DNA of 64,000 bases from Azolla caroliniana (taxonomy: Eukaryota; Plantae; Polypodiophyta): assembly GCA_043228905.1 (NCBI GenBank), contig JBHGNT010000011.1, positions 19,530,001-19,594,000 of the forward strand. Reading direction: 5' to 3'. This document shows, piece after piece, positions 25,801 through 38,203 of the stretch. Under the pieces are notes generated by a model. The model did not search any database. It worked only from the letters and a program-made list of their open reading frames with translations, and had not been told where the DNA came from. The translations under genes were made by a program, and so were the position numbers. Numbering within the stretch: position 1 is the stretch's first letter; every line of letters begins with the position of its first letter.

Positions 25801-28800
25801 AAGTCTTTACAAAAGCAGTTGGTATAGCCTATTTAACAAAACTGGGGAAAGTGTATGAAATGGTTGTTTTGTAGTTAAGTGACTCTTGTACTACCAAACA
25901 GGTACAATAAACTAGGAATAAGAGGGAATATCTTGGAAAAAGTTAAAGAAGAAAAAAAGAAAAAAATATATATTAACGTCTTTTAAGAGGCCAAAATGGC
26001 CTATAAGACCAAATAAGAGATTACATATTAAGTGTTGTCTCGTAATATCTGTATAGCTATACCTGCTAGGTGTGCTCCGGAGCCACCAAATCTCTCTATG
26101 TATTGTGATACCTCATTTATATAGAGACCGAAGAGTGTGGGGGATAGTGGGCATCCTTGCTTCACGCCAATTGTGCTAGCCACCGCCTCTGACAAGCCCT
26201 TAGGAGACCGAACTTTTCCTTGCACAGATTCATAGAGTGCATAGATTCCCCATTGCATATCTATAGGAACACCAAGGGCTTCTAGCCGCTGCATAAGCCG
26301 AGCACGTGGCACAGTGTCAAAGGCTTTTCGGAAATCCACAAAGCAGCAATAAATCCTCTTATTGTGGGCTCTGCCCTCTTCAATAAGGGCCCGGAGGGTG
26401 AATATGTGATCCAACGTTGTGAACCCCTTCCGAAATCCTGCCTGTCCAATTGAACGACAGCCATTTTGCTCTACCCATGTACTCAATTCTGATTCTAGAA
26501 TCGACCCATATAGTTTAGCCAAGTAATGGCCAATCATGATTGTCCTATAGTTGCTTGGCATCATGGGGTCTCCACTCTTGAGGATTGCCACAATGGTATG
26601 CTCAGTCCATGTAGTAGGAAAACCTTCACACATGGCTCTATTAAAGATGTGTGCTAGCAATGGGAGCAAGGTGTCACGGGCATAGATAAAGTGTTCACCC
26701 ACCAATCCATCATGATCTTGGGCCTTCCCAAATTGTAGCCGATCAATGGCATTTCTTACATTTTGTGGTGTAAAGAAGGTTGATTCATGTGGGCGTGAGG
26801 CATTCGGGTGGGGAAGAGGAGGTTGCCCCGAGATATCATATAGGACCTATGCATATTCATGCCACACCTGAGCTGAGGTCAGTTGTGTGGTGGGTTGCCT
26901 CTCATTAAACATTTTCCATGCTCTTTTACTCTCTCGTCCTAGAAACAAGCGATACAAATGATCTTCAAATTTAGCCAAATACAATCTCTTCTTCTTCCTT
27001 ACGAGGCGTTGAAAGGTTGCTCTCACTTGGTTGTGTGTATAAATGCCCTGAGTTACATCACGCTGCAAGCATCTCCTTGTATCACGACATTCCTCATCAT
27101 ACCAACTATTTTGTATTACTCTACCGACTTTGGGGGGATTGGCCGTTGTGTGAGGGAAGGCATTTGTGGCTGTTTTATGCAGTGATTTGGATAAACCTTG
27201 GGTAAGTTCTTCAAGCTGTGCGAAAGGATCCAAATCTAGCATGCCATTGTATACACCACATCTATAGACATCAATTGTCTCGCGAGTGAATAGATACTTA
27301 GCCAGCCCACTCTCTTTAGCATATTCATCCTTTGTGCATCCATCCTTTACCTCAAAGCGTAGATATGCATGATCAGCTGCCAAGCCAATAGGTCTTCCCG
27401 ATATAGTGAACACTTTTATTTCAGGTATAAGAGATGGAGGTCCCATTTGATAATCGGTTGTGCTTGCACCCCCTTTTGGGTTCCAACATGTCAAAGCATC
27501 TGATCCAGGCCATTGTGTCAAGCCATTATATATCACAAATCCATGCGTGCTTCCCAAGGCTAGAAAGTGTTTTCCATATTCAGTTATAGCACTCATATCT
27601 TGAGCTTTTGTCTTTAGACCAACCTCTTCCGCCATAACTTCTCCATAAACAGCCTCGTTGGTGTTAAATATAGTTGTTTGTCCATCCTTGGTTCGTGCAT
27701 TAAAATCTCCTAATAGTATTATGTCCCCCATAGTAGCAAATCTTATGATATCATCATATAGTGGTAGATATGGTGATTCACCTAGAAGTGCAAACCTTGA
27801 GTAGGCAGGTGGAAAGTAGAGCAGGCATTTAAAGCATTGCAGATTCTAGAGAGAGAAGATTCTAGAATGTAAAAAAGAGATAATAAAGATGAAAGAGAGT
27901 GCAGGTCTAGAGTTGCCACCCTCCAACAACCTTAACATCTTTTAAAAGGCCAAAATGGCTTATAAGACCAACCAAGAGATTACATCTTAGAATTTTGTCT
28001 TGTCTTTGAGAGCAACATACCAGAATAAATTTAACCAAATAAAAGTAAATTAAAGTAATTTGTCTTCGAAAAACCTCCAGCAAGGGTCATTCCAGAATGG
28101 AGAGATATTTATCTATCATACTACATGTCAATCAAGGGCTATACGGTTCCAACTAGGATACCTCAAAGGGGCTAGGATAGATCAGGCAATAACAATTTGT
28201 GATGCATCTAGACCCCAGTCTTGTGGACCACAATCTTGCCACCCTTGTCATTGACAAATAAAGGCCATTATCTCCTGCCATCATTGGTGTTTCCACATAT
28301 GTGTAAAATACGTTAAATACTTCTTAAAATGTTTTTTTCACCTAAAAAATAATTTTAAAAACTTTTAAACTGTTTTGAAATGTTAAATACTTGTTAAATA
28401 CGTAGAATACGTCAAATTCTTAGAATACATAAAATACGTGAAAATTTGAAAAAAGACAGTTCTAAAACGTAGAATACTCTAAAGTATTCTAAAACATGTA
28501 CTAAATGTAGAATGCACATTTTTTAACAACTATGGATGAGGCATTGATGCTTTGCTCAGGTCTTTTCGAATATTTCCAATTATTTATTTTGTGAGACTCA
28601 GTCCCTAGGTTTCTACTCCAAAACAAATATCTTGTTCTTTTGCAAGAGCATGGAATGTCAATGTAGATTATTAGTAGCCAAATGTTTGGTACCTTAAGAA
28701 ATTTAATAAAGTAGAACGACAAACCAAAATAAATATTCGGTTTCTTTTTCAATAGCATGGAATACCTATGTAGATACCAGTAGCCAAATGTTTGGTACCT

Positions 28801-31800
28801 TGGGAAGCTTTAGTAATTTACTTGCATTTGATTTGGTTTGTTATTCTACAACCATAAAAATGTTAGCAAAAAAGGAGAAGGCAGCTAGTGTATTTTCATG
28901 TACCCTGGATGAGTTTGAGGATAGCAGATGTGATGAAAACACTCAAAACCTTCTTAAAGACAGGTCCATCAAATATGTCAGCCAACGAGCCTGACCCATT
29001 CCAAGCAACTATGACCAATATCTGCAAAAGGGATCTCCAAAATATCCAACTAGCAGAAATTGGTACAATTTCCCAATCTCTATCACAAGTTCATACTTTT
29101 TCATTGAAAGTGAATTACCTGAAGAGTCAAAATGAAGAACGACCACATTCTGCTAAAGCTTCTGAAAACATGCCAAAATGAACGATCTTCAACAAAATTA
29201 CATTTGCCAATCCACGAACCTTTACCCTGCCAAACAGATTTTTCATACATCTAAGAACTGTATTTATTGAAAGTCGTAAAAGAGAATTTGTCCATTTTGA
29301 AATGATAATTTTTGTACCCGCATAGGATTCTCAGGAGATGTGAAAAAATCATTATCAGTTACTATGGGCCATCCTAGATGGAAGCAATCAGAGGACCTGG
29401 TGAAACAACGGTTAGATAATTTTGCAAGCAGTAGAAAGCAAATGAAGCCCAAAATATCTGTGATCAATTTAATTGTAGTCACCAAAAGAATTCATTTAAG
29501 TCATCATAATTTCTCCATGCTGAGTGTTGAGCCCTACCATCCTTGTTATGAGTTACTTCCTGCAATTGATTTGTGACTTGATTAGATCAACTCTGAGGAA
29601 TGACAGCATGAAATACACTTTTTTTGTAGCTTTATATCACTGGAACAGGTAAAACACACACATACATGCATGTTTCATTCATATGCCCCAAACACATCAT
29701 TTTTCGTAATTAACAGGAGTCACCCTTTTTGCATTGTGTGGCTGCTGCCCAAATATTAATATAAGATGAAGTAATGAAAAACAGGTGACACAATCTATTC
29801 AAGTAAAAGACAAAAACAAAATTACCCAAACATTTTCCATATGACAGGAACCACATTCAATTTCTAGTAAAATTCTAAAAGAATATCAAAAAACTCGTGA
29901 TGTAAATGGGGAAATACAACTCAGAGTGTAATCATACCTTAGCTATGACATCATAGATTGGTTTAATTACGCTATCAAGAAACGAATTTTCTTCCCCTCC
30001 ATATGCAGCCTTTACATTCTCTCCAGTTACAGAACTTATATGTCCATCTAACATACCATTAAGTTCAAAAGCCATCTGAAACAAGTTCCCAATATAAAAA
30101 ATGGGTTTATAACCAGTCTGAAAGAGCATAATAAAGACAAGTTCAACTGTGTCATATTACATGGTGGAAAATGTAGCAAAGACTCTCTGGCATAAATCTC
30201 AGATTTGCTGCTTCTCCCCAAATTAATAGAAAAAGGCCTATGTACAAGATCATCCTTTGTTCGAGTGTGTGTTGTATATTCTGCAAACTGAGCCACCAAT
30301 AAGAGAAAATTATAATAAAATCCCATATGCATTGTAAAGCAACACTAAATGGATTCCGAACATATGTTTAAAATTATTGCATTGATTCTGAGTCCCAATA
30401 ATTCCACACAGAACCACCTGTTGCAAATCACAAATGGCCTCTCATGAAGTCTCTAACCCTTTTCACAATATGGGGAACAAAAAGAACACTTACGAGATTC
30501 ACATAACTGAAGATATCCCATGGCCTTGGCATGAACAACTGACCTTAAACAACAGAATAGCTTGGCCTGCAACCTACCATTGATCTGTCTAAGCTCTATC
30601 CCTCAAGTAGTTAAAGGATGTTAAATACAGTTCTCAATAAGACAATCATTATCTGCTACTAGTTTCTGTTCCAACCATATCTTTTAAATTGGTTTTTCCT
30701 TAAATGGGACTGCCATTGTTACAAAGATTGGATAACTCAGTATCTTCAAAACATGTATCATTTTGCATTAAAATAATAGGACTTTTGTTTGACGTTTGGC
30801 CATGCCTGCCTAGAATATCATCTAGAAAGTCACAGTTGAGAGGCATAAATTTGTCTCCTAACAAGTCTACACAGGTTGAGTTGATCCTCAGGCTTGCTAC
30901 ACCATTCTGTTTGCCCAATTTTCACAGGTCTAGAATATCATCCACTAGAACTCCCTTCACAGGTGCAAGAAGCAAAGTCAGAAGATATCGAAAAGTAAAA
31001 TATCGTAAATACCACTTCCATTTCTGTCCATGGGAAACAGAAAATGAGGCATGATCATCTTAACCCTAAGATACGGAAGATTGGAAAGCGAGAAAACTTG
31101 CAGATGGGAGAATGAACAACAAATGATAATTCTTCCATAGTGTAGATGGAAAGAAAAGTAAGGTAAAAACCCAGCTTCAGTTGCAATGAAGAAGATAATC
31201 TTCTTCTGATGTCAATTCACTTTATACATAATCCTATAGATCAAATTCTCGATCCTTGAAAGATGCAGCAGTTCATATTCATAATCTAGAGACTTACATT
31301 ATTCTATTATTTCGACCCAAAAATGTGCACCACTGTTCATAATTCTTAAATAATCTTTCCATGACACTTCTCAAAGCTCCAGTACTTAGCTGAGACCTCA
31401 AATAAAAATACACGAAACATTAGCAAGAATTTCCTTAAAATTAATTTATAATCTGTCCTAAAATATGCCAACCAAACAAGTCACAAGGCACCTTATGCTG
31501 AGGCTCTGGCTTTGGTATCTGTCTAATATGCACATTAGCAAGAAGTAAAATCAAATTCTCCCTCTGATTTGCTACATTATCTTTCTGTAGTCCAACAAGG
31601 AAGTTTATTAAGTCCAATTCGATTGGAAATGTTTGAAAAGACATGATTAATAACATACTTGAAACCCAAATTTAATTCTTAGCCAATCAAGCACGTCACT
31701 TGTATCTGAAACTACTGGTGCTGGATTTCTGAATTCAAGCCCGCGGATGTTTTGCAGGGCTTCCACTGCTGCAACCACCTGGAGGAAACCCCAAAAACTA

Positions 31801-34800
31801 CACATTCTCAAAAATTTCTGAAAACCGACACAATCACCGGTTTAAAATAATTTCTCTGAAGAAGTAATAAATGGTTAGCATCATTCGTCTTCATATTTGA
31901 AGCAAAGAATATGTAATGCCATTACAACAAGATTTGATTTAACTTTACCTTAATTCTTGAGCTTTATATACCTTCACACTTAATTATTGCACTTTATCTC
32001 ATCTTTGCTTTAGTTCTCATGTGTACTTGAAATAAGAATCTCAATCATGATACAGATATGCAGATATAAAATACATAGATTGTCCATAAATTTCATTTTT
32101 CAGGATTGGTGGCAATTTTATGTTAGTTGAGCAATGTTTACTATGTTAACTAGATTTTGAAGTATTTATGAATGGGAGTATGATGTGACTAAAAGCTTTA
32201 TCTGATAAACTAAGAGACCAAAACTGTATTTAATCAATGACTCAATGATTGATGGTTCAGCACAACCTGATCACAAGTTGTCACATTCCAATTGCTTTTG
32301 AGTCTCAACTTTGCAATAAAGTACTTTTGCCTTGATATAATAGTCCATCTACACTTTAGGCAACCCCATCTCAGCCAATGTAATTAAGTGAAAAGATATA
32401 GCATCCTTAAAAGCAGCCCAAATATTTAATATATTGTCTTGTTTATTTTAGAAAATTCAACAAAATCCCCACCTAAGAATGATGCTGCGATTGACTAAAA
32501 AAAAAGGAGAGGGCTTCTTTTTGTTTTGCCTTCTTCTTTGTGATTTCTGATTTCTTCTTCCCTTTCTTCCTTTTTTGGTTATAACATAACTAAATATTAA
32601 CTACACCAAACAATCACCAGAATTGCCAAGTCCTTATCATGATTTACCCCATGAACTTGGTGTGAACATACACCAATTGATCTGGCTGGTGCTTGTGGCG
32701 TTGATAACAGTAGTTGAACATAGCCATTAGTAAGCCTATGTATAAAGGGCAAGTTTAGTGGGGCAAACTAAGAGGTGCAGTTCAAAGCCATGGGTATATT
32801 TGGTCACTTAGGAAAATATAACATGTATCTTCATTTTATAGTATTCCACATTAATCATGGTTGGGGGGCACAGTGCAATATAAGGTTCTTTGTTGTTTAA
32901 TCAGTGTCTTTGTTCAGTTCAATCGTGTGCATTCTATCATGCAGTTTGTACCATTCATGTCCTCTCCATACTTAGATTAGCATAGTATCACAGTTTTAGA
33001 GCTTATGCATTCCTGTACGATGACAAAAGATAGAAGACAGATGTATTCACATCTTTTACAATGCAAAATGGCCAATAAAACCATAACAAGAGATTACATC
33101 GTAAGTGTTGTCTCATCTTTGAGAAAAACAAAACCAAAATAAATGTTAAGTACAAAAAGTAACTAGAATAAAAAGTGTTGTCAGAATGGAGAGGTCCCGG
33201 AAGCAAGGGAAGCGCCTGTGATGGCGAGAGCTAATGACCTTTAGTTGTTGATAAAAAGGGTGGTGAGATCATGGTCCATGAGGCTAGGGCTTATATGCAC
33301 GGCAGATAGAGTAGATGTATGTCCATATAAGATGGCATGATGATGACTCCATCCTCCGATGCTTATAAAAAGTGTATTTTATAGTGAACCATCTTCCTAC
33401 CAAGTGATATTTTGGGGCTGATCCACTTGTTTTCCAAGTTAATAATATCAATTCAGATCACTCTATTCTATTACACCTTGGTCATGTTTAGATGGGGACA
33501 ATCCAAGGTATATTGGAATGAGGGTAGTGCATTTCAATGATTATAGGGGGCTGCTCCCATCTCTACCCGGATTCTATCATGAGGAAATCATTGACACTAA
33601 AGGTCTCTCCAAATCTTTCCAGTTTTTAGCCATGTTAAGATTCAGTTCCCAATTTCTATTCCATAGAAAGAAAGAAAGAAAGAAAGAAAGATATATTAAC
33701 GTCTTTTAAGAGGCCAAAATGGCCTATAAGACCAAATAAGAGATTACATCTTGAGTGTTTTCTCATCTTTGAGAACAAATCAAAATAAAATACATATTAC
33801 ACAGTAAATATAAAAGTAAATAAGATGAAAAGAGAAGAAACGAGGGAATCTGGTTTTTGGCACATGTGAGATTCTGTGAGATTCTCAAGTTAGGTATATT
33901 GTAGCTTTTGTCTTCGAAAGATCTCTAGCATAGGTCGATCTAGAATGGAAATGTCTCCGAAGCGAGTAGATGATAGTGGGCATTCTTGTTTTACTCTAAT
34001 TGTGCTAGCCATAGACTCCGACAAACCATTGCAAGGCCGCACTATTCTTGACATAGATTCTTCCAGTGCATAGATTCCCCATTGCATATCTATGGGGACA
34101 CCAAGGGCTTCTAGTCATTGCATAAGCCGAGGAAAAAAGGAAGTCAGATGGTGATAATTATACTGAAGAGTCATGTATACTTAGTAACATGAAGTAGACG
34201 ATATTAGTCAGTGGAAGTGGACCAAGGGTCGGTGGGGTCATGACACAGGTACTCTCAGAGGGCAAGCTTCACGGGGCAAACTACACATTCTAGAAGTTCA
34301 AGAAGACTGCCATTTTCAATTCCAATGAGCTTCTAGATACCATACTCAAAGTCAATGTGGAACTAGTGAAAACTCTGCATCCCAACAATCCCAATCCAAG
34401 GGATGTGTATGCATGGAGAAGGCAGATTGACAAAGCCATGTATGCAATCAAGGTCAGCATAACTGATTCAATGTTGACATTGATTCAGCATGGCATACGC
34501 TAGAGAACTCTGCTGAATCTATATGATATGCCGAAGTAGGAAAGCATTTAAAACCTGGGAATCGATTATCTATGATTCAGAATGGCAAATGCTAGAGAAC
34601 TCTGCTGAATCTATATGATATGCAAAAGTAGAAAGGCATTTAAAACCTGGGGAATCAATTATCTATGGAGCAAATGGTGAAGGAGGGAAACCTGATGTGT
34701 TTATCATGCACCATGAACTTCAAAACCAGATCACAGGGGTACAATTGGTGAAGTCCACAATGGAGTTGGCAAAGGTGTATTTATTACTGCCTCTGAAGTT

Positions 34801-36555
34801 CAAGGGCTTGGTTACAACATTAATCCACTTGAGCACTGGCTCTTCCATTTTCCTTCAAGGAGTTCTTAGCCTTACCTCAAGAGATAGAGTAACAGAAGGG
34901 GATTCAAGATCAGTTAGAATACAGATTATGCAAAATCGTTGGGAGACCCCTAGCTCCCAAATAACAGGTGAGCCAATGAATGAAAAATCAAAGAAGCTGG
35001 TTCCAGAATTTAATGGACATGGTTGCAAAGAAAATCTAATGGTCAGTTAGAGAATAAACTATGTTTTATTATGACTTCTAGGATGACATTTATATCTATA
35101 TGACTTCTAGGTTGACATTTACATAGGAGATACATGCCTTCTTGGTAGCCAAATTTTAAGCCACATAACCAAAATGTGTTACCGTCTAGTTAAGGAGATG
35201 TCAAGTAACCTTATAAACTACTTTGGTCTTACGATCATGTCTGTAGAAAAGCTACCTCAGGCAACATCCTTATTGCTTGTTTCTGAGCCCCAGGATCAAG
35301 AGGCAATATATTGTATGCACCTAAGATTTCCTTTTTAGCTTCCACCTCTTTTGCTTTTTGCTCTACCTGTGCAATTTTTTAATGATGAGTAAGACGAGAA
35401 AATAAGAATACCATCAGAAAATTTTGAGAAATTTTTGCATTTAAAGGTCACCTCAGGATCTACAGGCTCACTGTTGTCTGCTTGCACTGCCTTCAGGACA
35501 TCAAATAGAACTGCAGCAGTCTGGTATGCTTTTGCCAGTTGTGCACTACATTCACATTACAAGGATATTTTATATGCACAATATGTATTCATGAGAATGA
35601 CTGCCTCAAAAAACATTCCATTAGAGTTGCTACCATATGAAAAACTTGCAAGCACAATTTCATAGTTGGATCATTGATCGAGCAATTAGGGGCATAATGG
35701 ACACACCCACATTGATGCATGCCAAGAAGAAAGAAGAAAGAAACCAACTGTCACATGAGAATAAGTTTGTGCCCTATATGATCACTAAATACTTATATAT
35801 TGTAGTGAAAGTTCGATGGCTTTTCATGGTTTTTTCTGCTTACCGATCCATGTTATCACCGGCACTCTCCAATGATTTCACATATCCATCGTAAAATGTC
35901 TGGTAGTAAGATTGCATTTCTTGGGCATCACTTTTAACAGACCTCTCTCCATGGATGAGCTCATCATCCTATACTTTGGTGGAAAATGTCAAATTCCTGA
36001 ATAAACAATGGCTTTTGAGCTATCTTATGATTCATCAGTAATCTTTTACCTTCTCTAGTTTGTGAAGTAGAGCTGTTTTAAACTGTCTCACACCTCTACC
36101 AGATGAAGAAGGATCTAACTTATGTGCCTTATCGAATGCAAAAAAACGACCTGCAGCACAATGAACTCAGGTGGATGAAATTATACTCATGGGCTTTGAA
36201 ATGACTGCAAAATTTTGTATATCTACATCTACACAAATAAATGCAAAAAGGAAGCAACTAAAAATAAAGATATCTAGCATTATAGTTAGAATCAAGGTAA
36301 GCAAGAGAAGGCAATTATGAAGTACGAAGGCATACAAAGGAACGCGACCCGGGGAGCCTGATCTTCGATCTCATTTGCCACTCGCAGTATGGGTCCAATT
36401 TGCGCGAGGGATGAGGGAACTACGTCCGGGTCCATGAAATTCCCAATCGTCAAAGTTCGCTGAAGTCTCGGGGTCTGTGTCCGTGGGAGCGATGAGCCGG
36501 CAACACTCCTACTCGAACTCATTGCCTTCTGCCTGCTGCTTGAACCTTCTTCCAT
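10898..36555 (-). CDS. GSL: Callose synthase (1,3-beta-glucan synthase, GT48; GSL/CALS family), 40 coding exons
   Basis: Exons traced by eye with GT-AG boundaries, from MEEGSSS...[19 protein letters not shown] (36555) through [126 protein letters not shown] and [23 protein letters not shown] to the stop at 10898. Longest introns are 13096-18718, 25192-28903 and 31779-35255. Paralog number not assignable. Confidence 0.96.
13277..13375 (+). mobile_element. Short degenerate 3'-end copy of the RTEX-like LINE
   Basis: TTCTCAAAG...TTAAGATGTTATCTCTTGTTTGG...GGCCTTTAAAAGACATTCATATATCTTTCCTT matches the LINE 3' UTR. Confidence 0.7.
13598..13935. repeat. Diverged ~183-bp tandem duplication in a GSL intron
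   Basis: TAGTACT...ATACACAGAAAA.ATGAT.TGTGGAT...TGTATCAGCA...CATGGAA...AATCAAAATA occurs twice. Confidence 0.8.
13957..17760 (-). mobile_element. RTEX-like non-LTR retrotransposon (LINE), near-complete ORF2 (APE endonuclease, RT, C-terminal Cys/His region), with frameshifts and stops; lies in a GSL intron
   Basis: EN motifs [23 protein letters not shown] motifs [28 protein letters not shown]-terminal QLRTSSH...IEVGRY...[13 protein letters not shown]. 3' end carries an AGGCC-ATTTT-GGCCT hairpin and a (CTTT)n tail. Clade assignment from motif recall. Confidence 0.9.
23170..23429 (+). mobile_element. 5'-truncated RTEX-like LINE 3' end (antisense to GSL)
   Basis: Reverse complement of about 13957-14220; ends AGGCCATTTTGGCCT...TATATCTTTCTTTCTTTC. 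Confidence 0.85.
25944..27816 (-). mobile_element. RTEX-like LINE copy 2, 5'-truncated and internally deleted (RT joins the 3' UTR directly)
   Basis: ORFs 26847-27731 and 26028-26705 are near-identical to copy 1 (EN and RT). The sequence jumps from AIQIL (just before LYADD) to the 3' UTR at ~26042. Confidence 0.9.
27932..28294. mobile_element. RTEX-like LINE 3' fragment with an inverted 5' part
   Basis: 27932-28107 matches the element 3' end in minus orientation; 28121-28294 matches the next upstream segment in plus orientation ([17 protein letters not shown]...HPCH). Confidence 0.7.
33030..34130 (-). mobile_element. Nested or deleted RTEX-like LINE fragments (younger 3' end at 33666-33965 inside an older copy)
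   Basis: Two 3' UTR/tail matches plus the RT fragment MQWGIYAL...VKQECPLSS. Confidence 0.8.
34240..34850 (+). mobile_element. Decayed Ty1/Copia gag remnant with an internal ~93-bp duplication
   Basis: [12 protein letters not shown]-like start, [16 protein letters not shown] and [14 protein letters not shown] resemble Copia gag. CTAGAGAACTCTGCTGAATCTATATGATATGC is duplicated at 34500 and 34592. Confidence 0.5.
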
Positions 36556-38179
36556 GTTGTTTATAATGATGGGAGCATGTGGGAAATCCCCCTACATGTG
36601 CAGATGATCCCCGAGAGAACTCTTGGTTACAGAAACTGGTCAGAGTGAGAGGCCCTGCAATAGGGATGGCAAAAGGAGATGGCGCAACATATTTTGATTA
36701 AATGACAGGGTTCATCAGGCAGAACCTCCATGATAGGCAGGGCATGGACACAGACATACAGACAGTGGTTGTGTGGAGAACCAGTCAATGGTGCCATTAT
36801 ATTATATGTATACAGTATAATGTACATATTGGTTTAACAAATTGAAGAGCCTACCCCTACACAATTTTATCAATAATATGAGTGAGATGGTGTGGGTTCC
36901 CACAAAGAGTCAATAAAAAGCCGCATTAAGAGCTATATGTACATATCTTTATGATTCACGTCTTCCCCCGGCTCGAAACCTCCGTGATATCTCCTTCAAA
37001 TGTTGTCTTCCTTAGTTCTCCAACTCCAATCCATCAATAGCTTTACACCATTCAATTCCATGCTATTCCCCATGAAACACAAAAAAGAGTTATGATAACT
37101 GTAAGCTTTACCCTTAAACAGGCAAAGTCTACACCCCAATAAAGTATAGATTCTCTCTATTTCTTTTGAATATCATTGTAATGAATCTAGGATTGTACCT
37201 TTCGTTACTTTCTTTTTTTCCATTTGCTTCTTTTGTTTCGTTCGATGGAGCCTACGTTGTTAAGCATGCGAGTGACTTTTTTAAAAGTTCCATACCTTTT
37301 TATCGACTCTCTCCGTTCTCTTACCAATTCTTCGAGATATTTTTCTTTGCCTTTTTCTTATTTGGATGTCAATGTCACTCAATGCATTGGGTGGTTGGTC
37401 TTGTCCTTCCAAGTTCTCGTATTATTCCCCTATCATTTATTCGTTCTCTTTCCTCTAGTCCCATAATTTAGGTAACAACTTTATCTTTTCCCTACTTTCT
37501 CTTACTAATCTATTGGGCAACCATATGAATTTTTACTTACACAATACACCTTACCATTGTACATTGTGTCATTTGTGTATATCTTCTCTGATGTTCTTTA
37601 TGTTATACCATACGAGAGCTTGATTCCTACAACATGTTTTTGTTTGGGGAACCTACATGTTTAGGACAAGACAAATGAAACGTAAAATGCATGTTCTAGA
37701 CAATAAAGAACATCAACATGTTGCAATTGTGATTTTAACTACAATCATGTGAAAGGGGCATTAAGGGACATAACAAACATTTTGGGAGGATAAGTTTATG
37801 ACAAGATCGTACATGTGACTTCTTTTAAACAGACTATAAGTTGTTTAGGGCAACATATTGTCCAAGGATATTTCCAATATTAGGGTAAACGTGGGTACCA
37901 ATCTATTTACGTACCTACAAATGTGTAGGGGCCCATAAACAAGTTTTGGAGCATCAAAGCACTTCAAAGGGTCTAGGACCAAGTATGGCAATCCTATGGG
38001 AAAGCAAATGGCCTTTAAGAATTATGACCACCATGACTCCTAGAGAGCCCAAGAGTATGGTTGAGAAAGGATCATAGCACAACCAAATCTAGATGACAAA
38101 AGTATTTGAAAGGGCCTAGGACCAAGTTGTGATCCTAAAGAAGAACACGTGCTAGAAAGAATCCGTGAAAGCTATGGGA

Positions 38180-38203
38180 TGAGAGAGAGAGAGAGAGAGA
38201 GAG
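38180..38203. repeat. (GA)n microsatellite
   Basis: About 11 GA units. Confidence 0.9.

Noticed and set aside
28295-28535. AT-rich AATACGT-repeat segment ending TTTAACAACTATG, possible MITE half
   Set aside because: No matching left TIR or TSD visible.
30400-31100. ORFs of 72-116 aa in a GSL intron, possibly an L1 endonuclease remnant
   Set aside because: Motifs too decayed to support a call.
10898-36555. Non-canonical (GC-AG or AT-AC) introns in the callose synthase gene
   Set aside because: All junctions I traced could be read as GT-AG.
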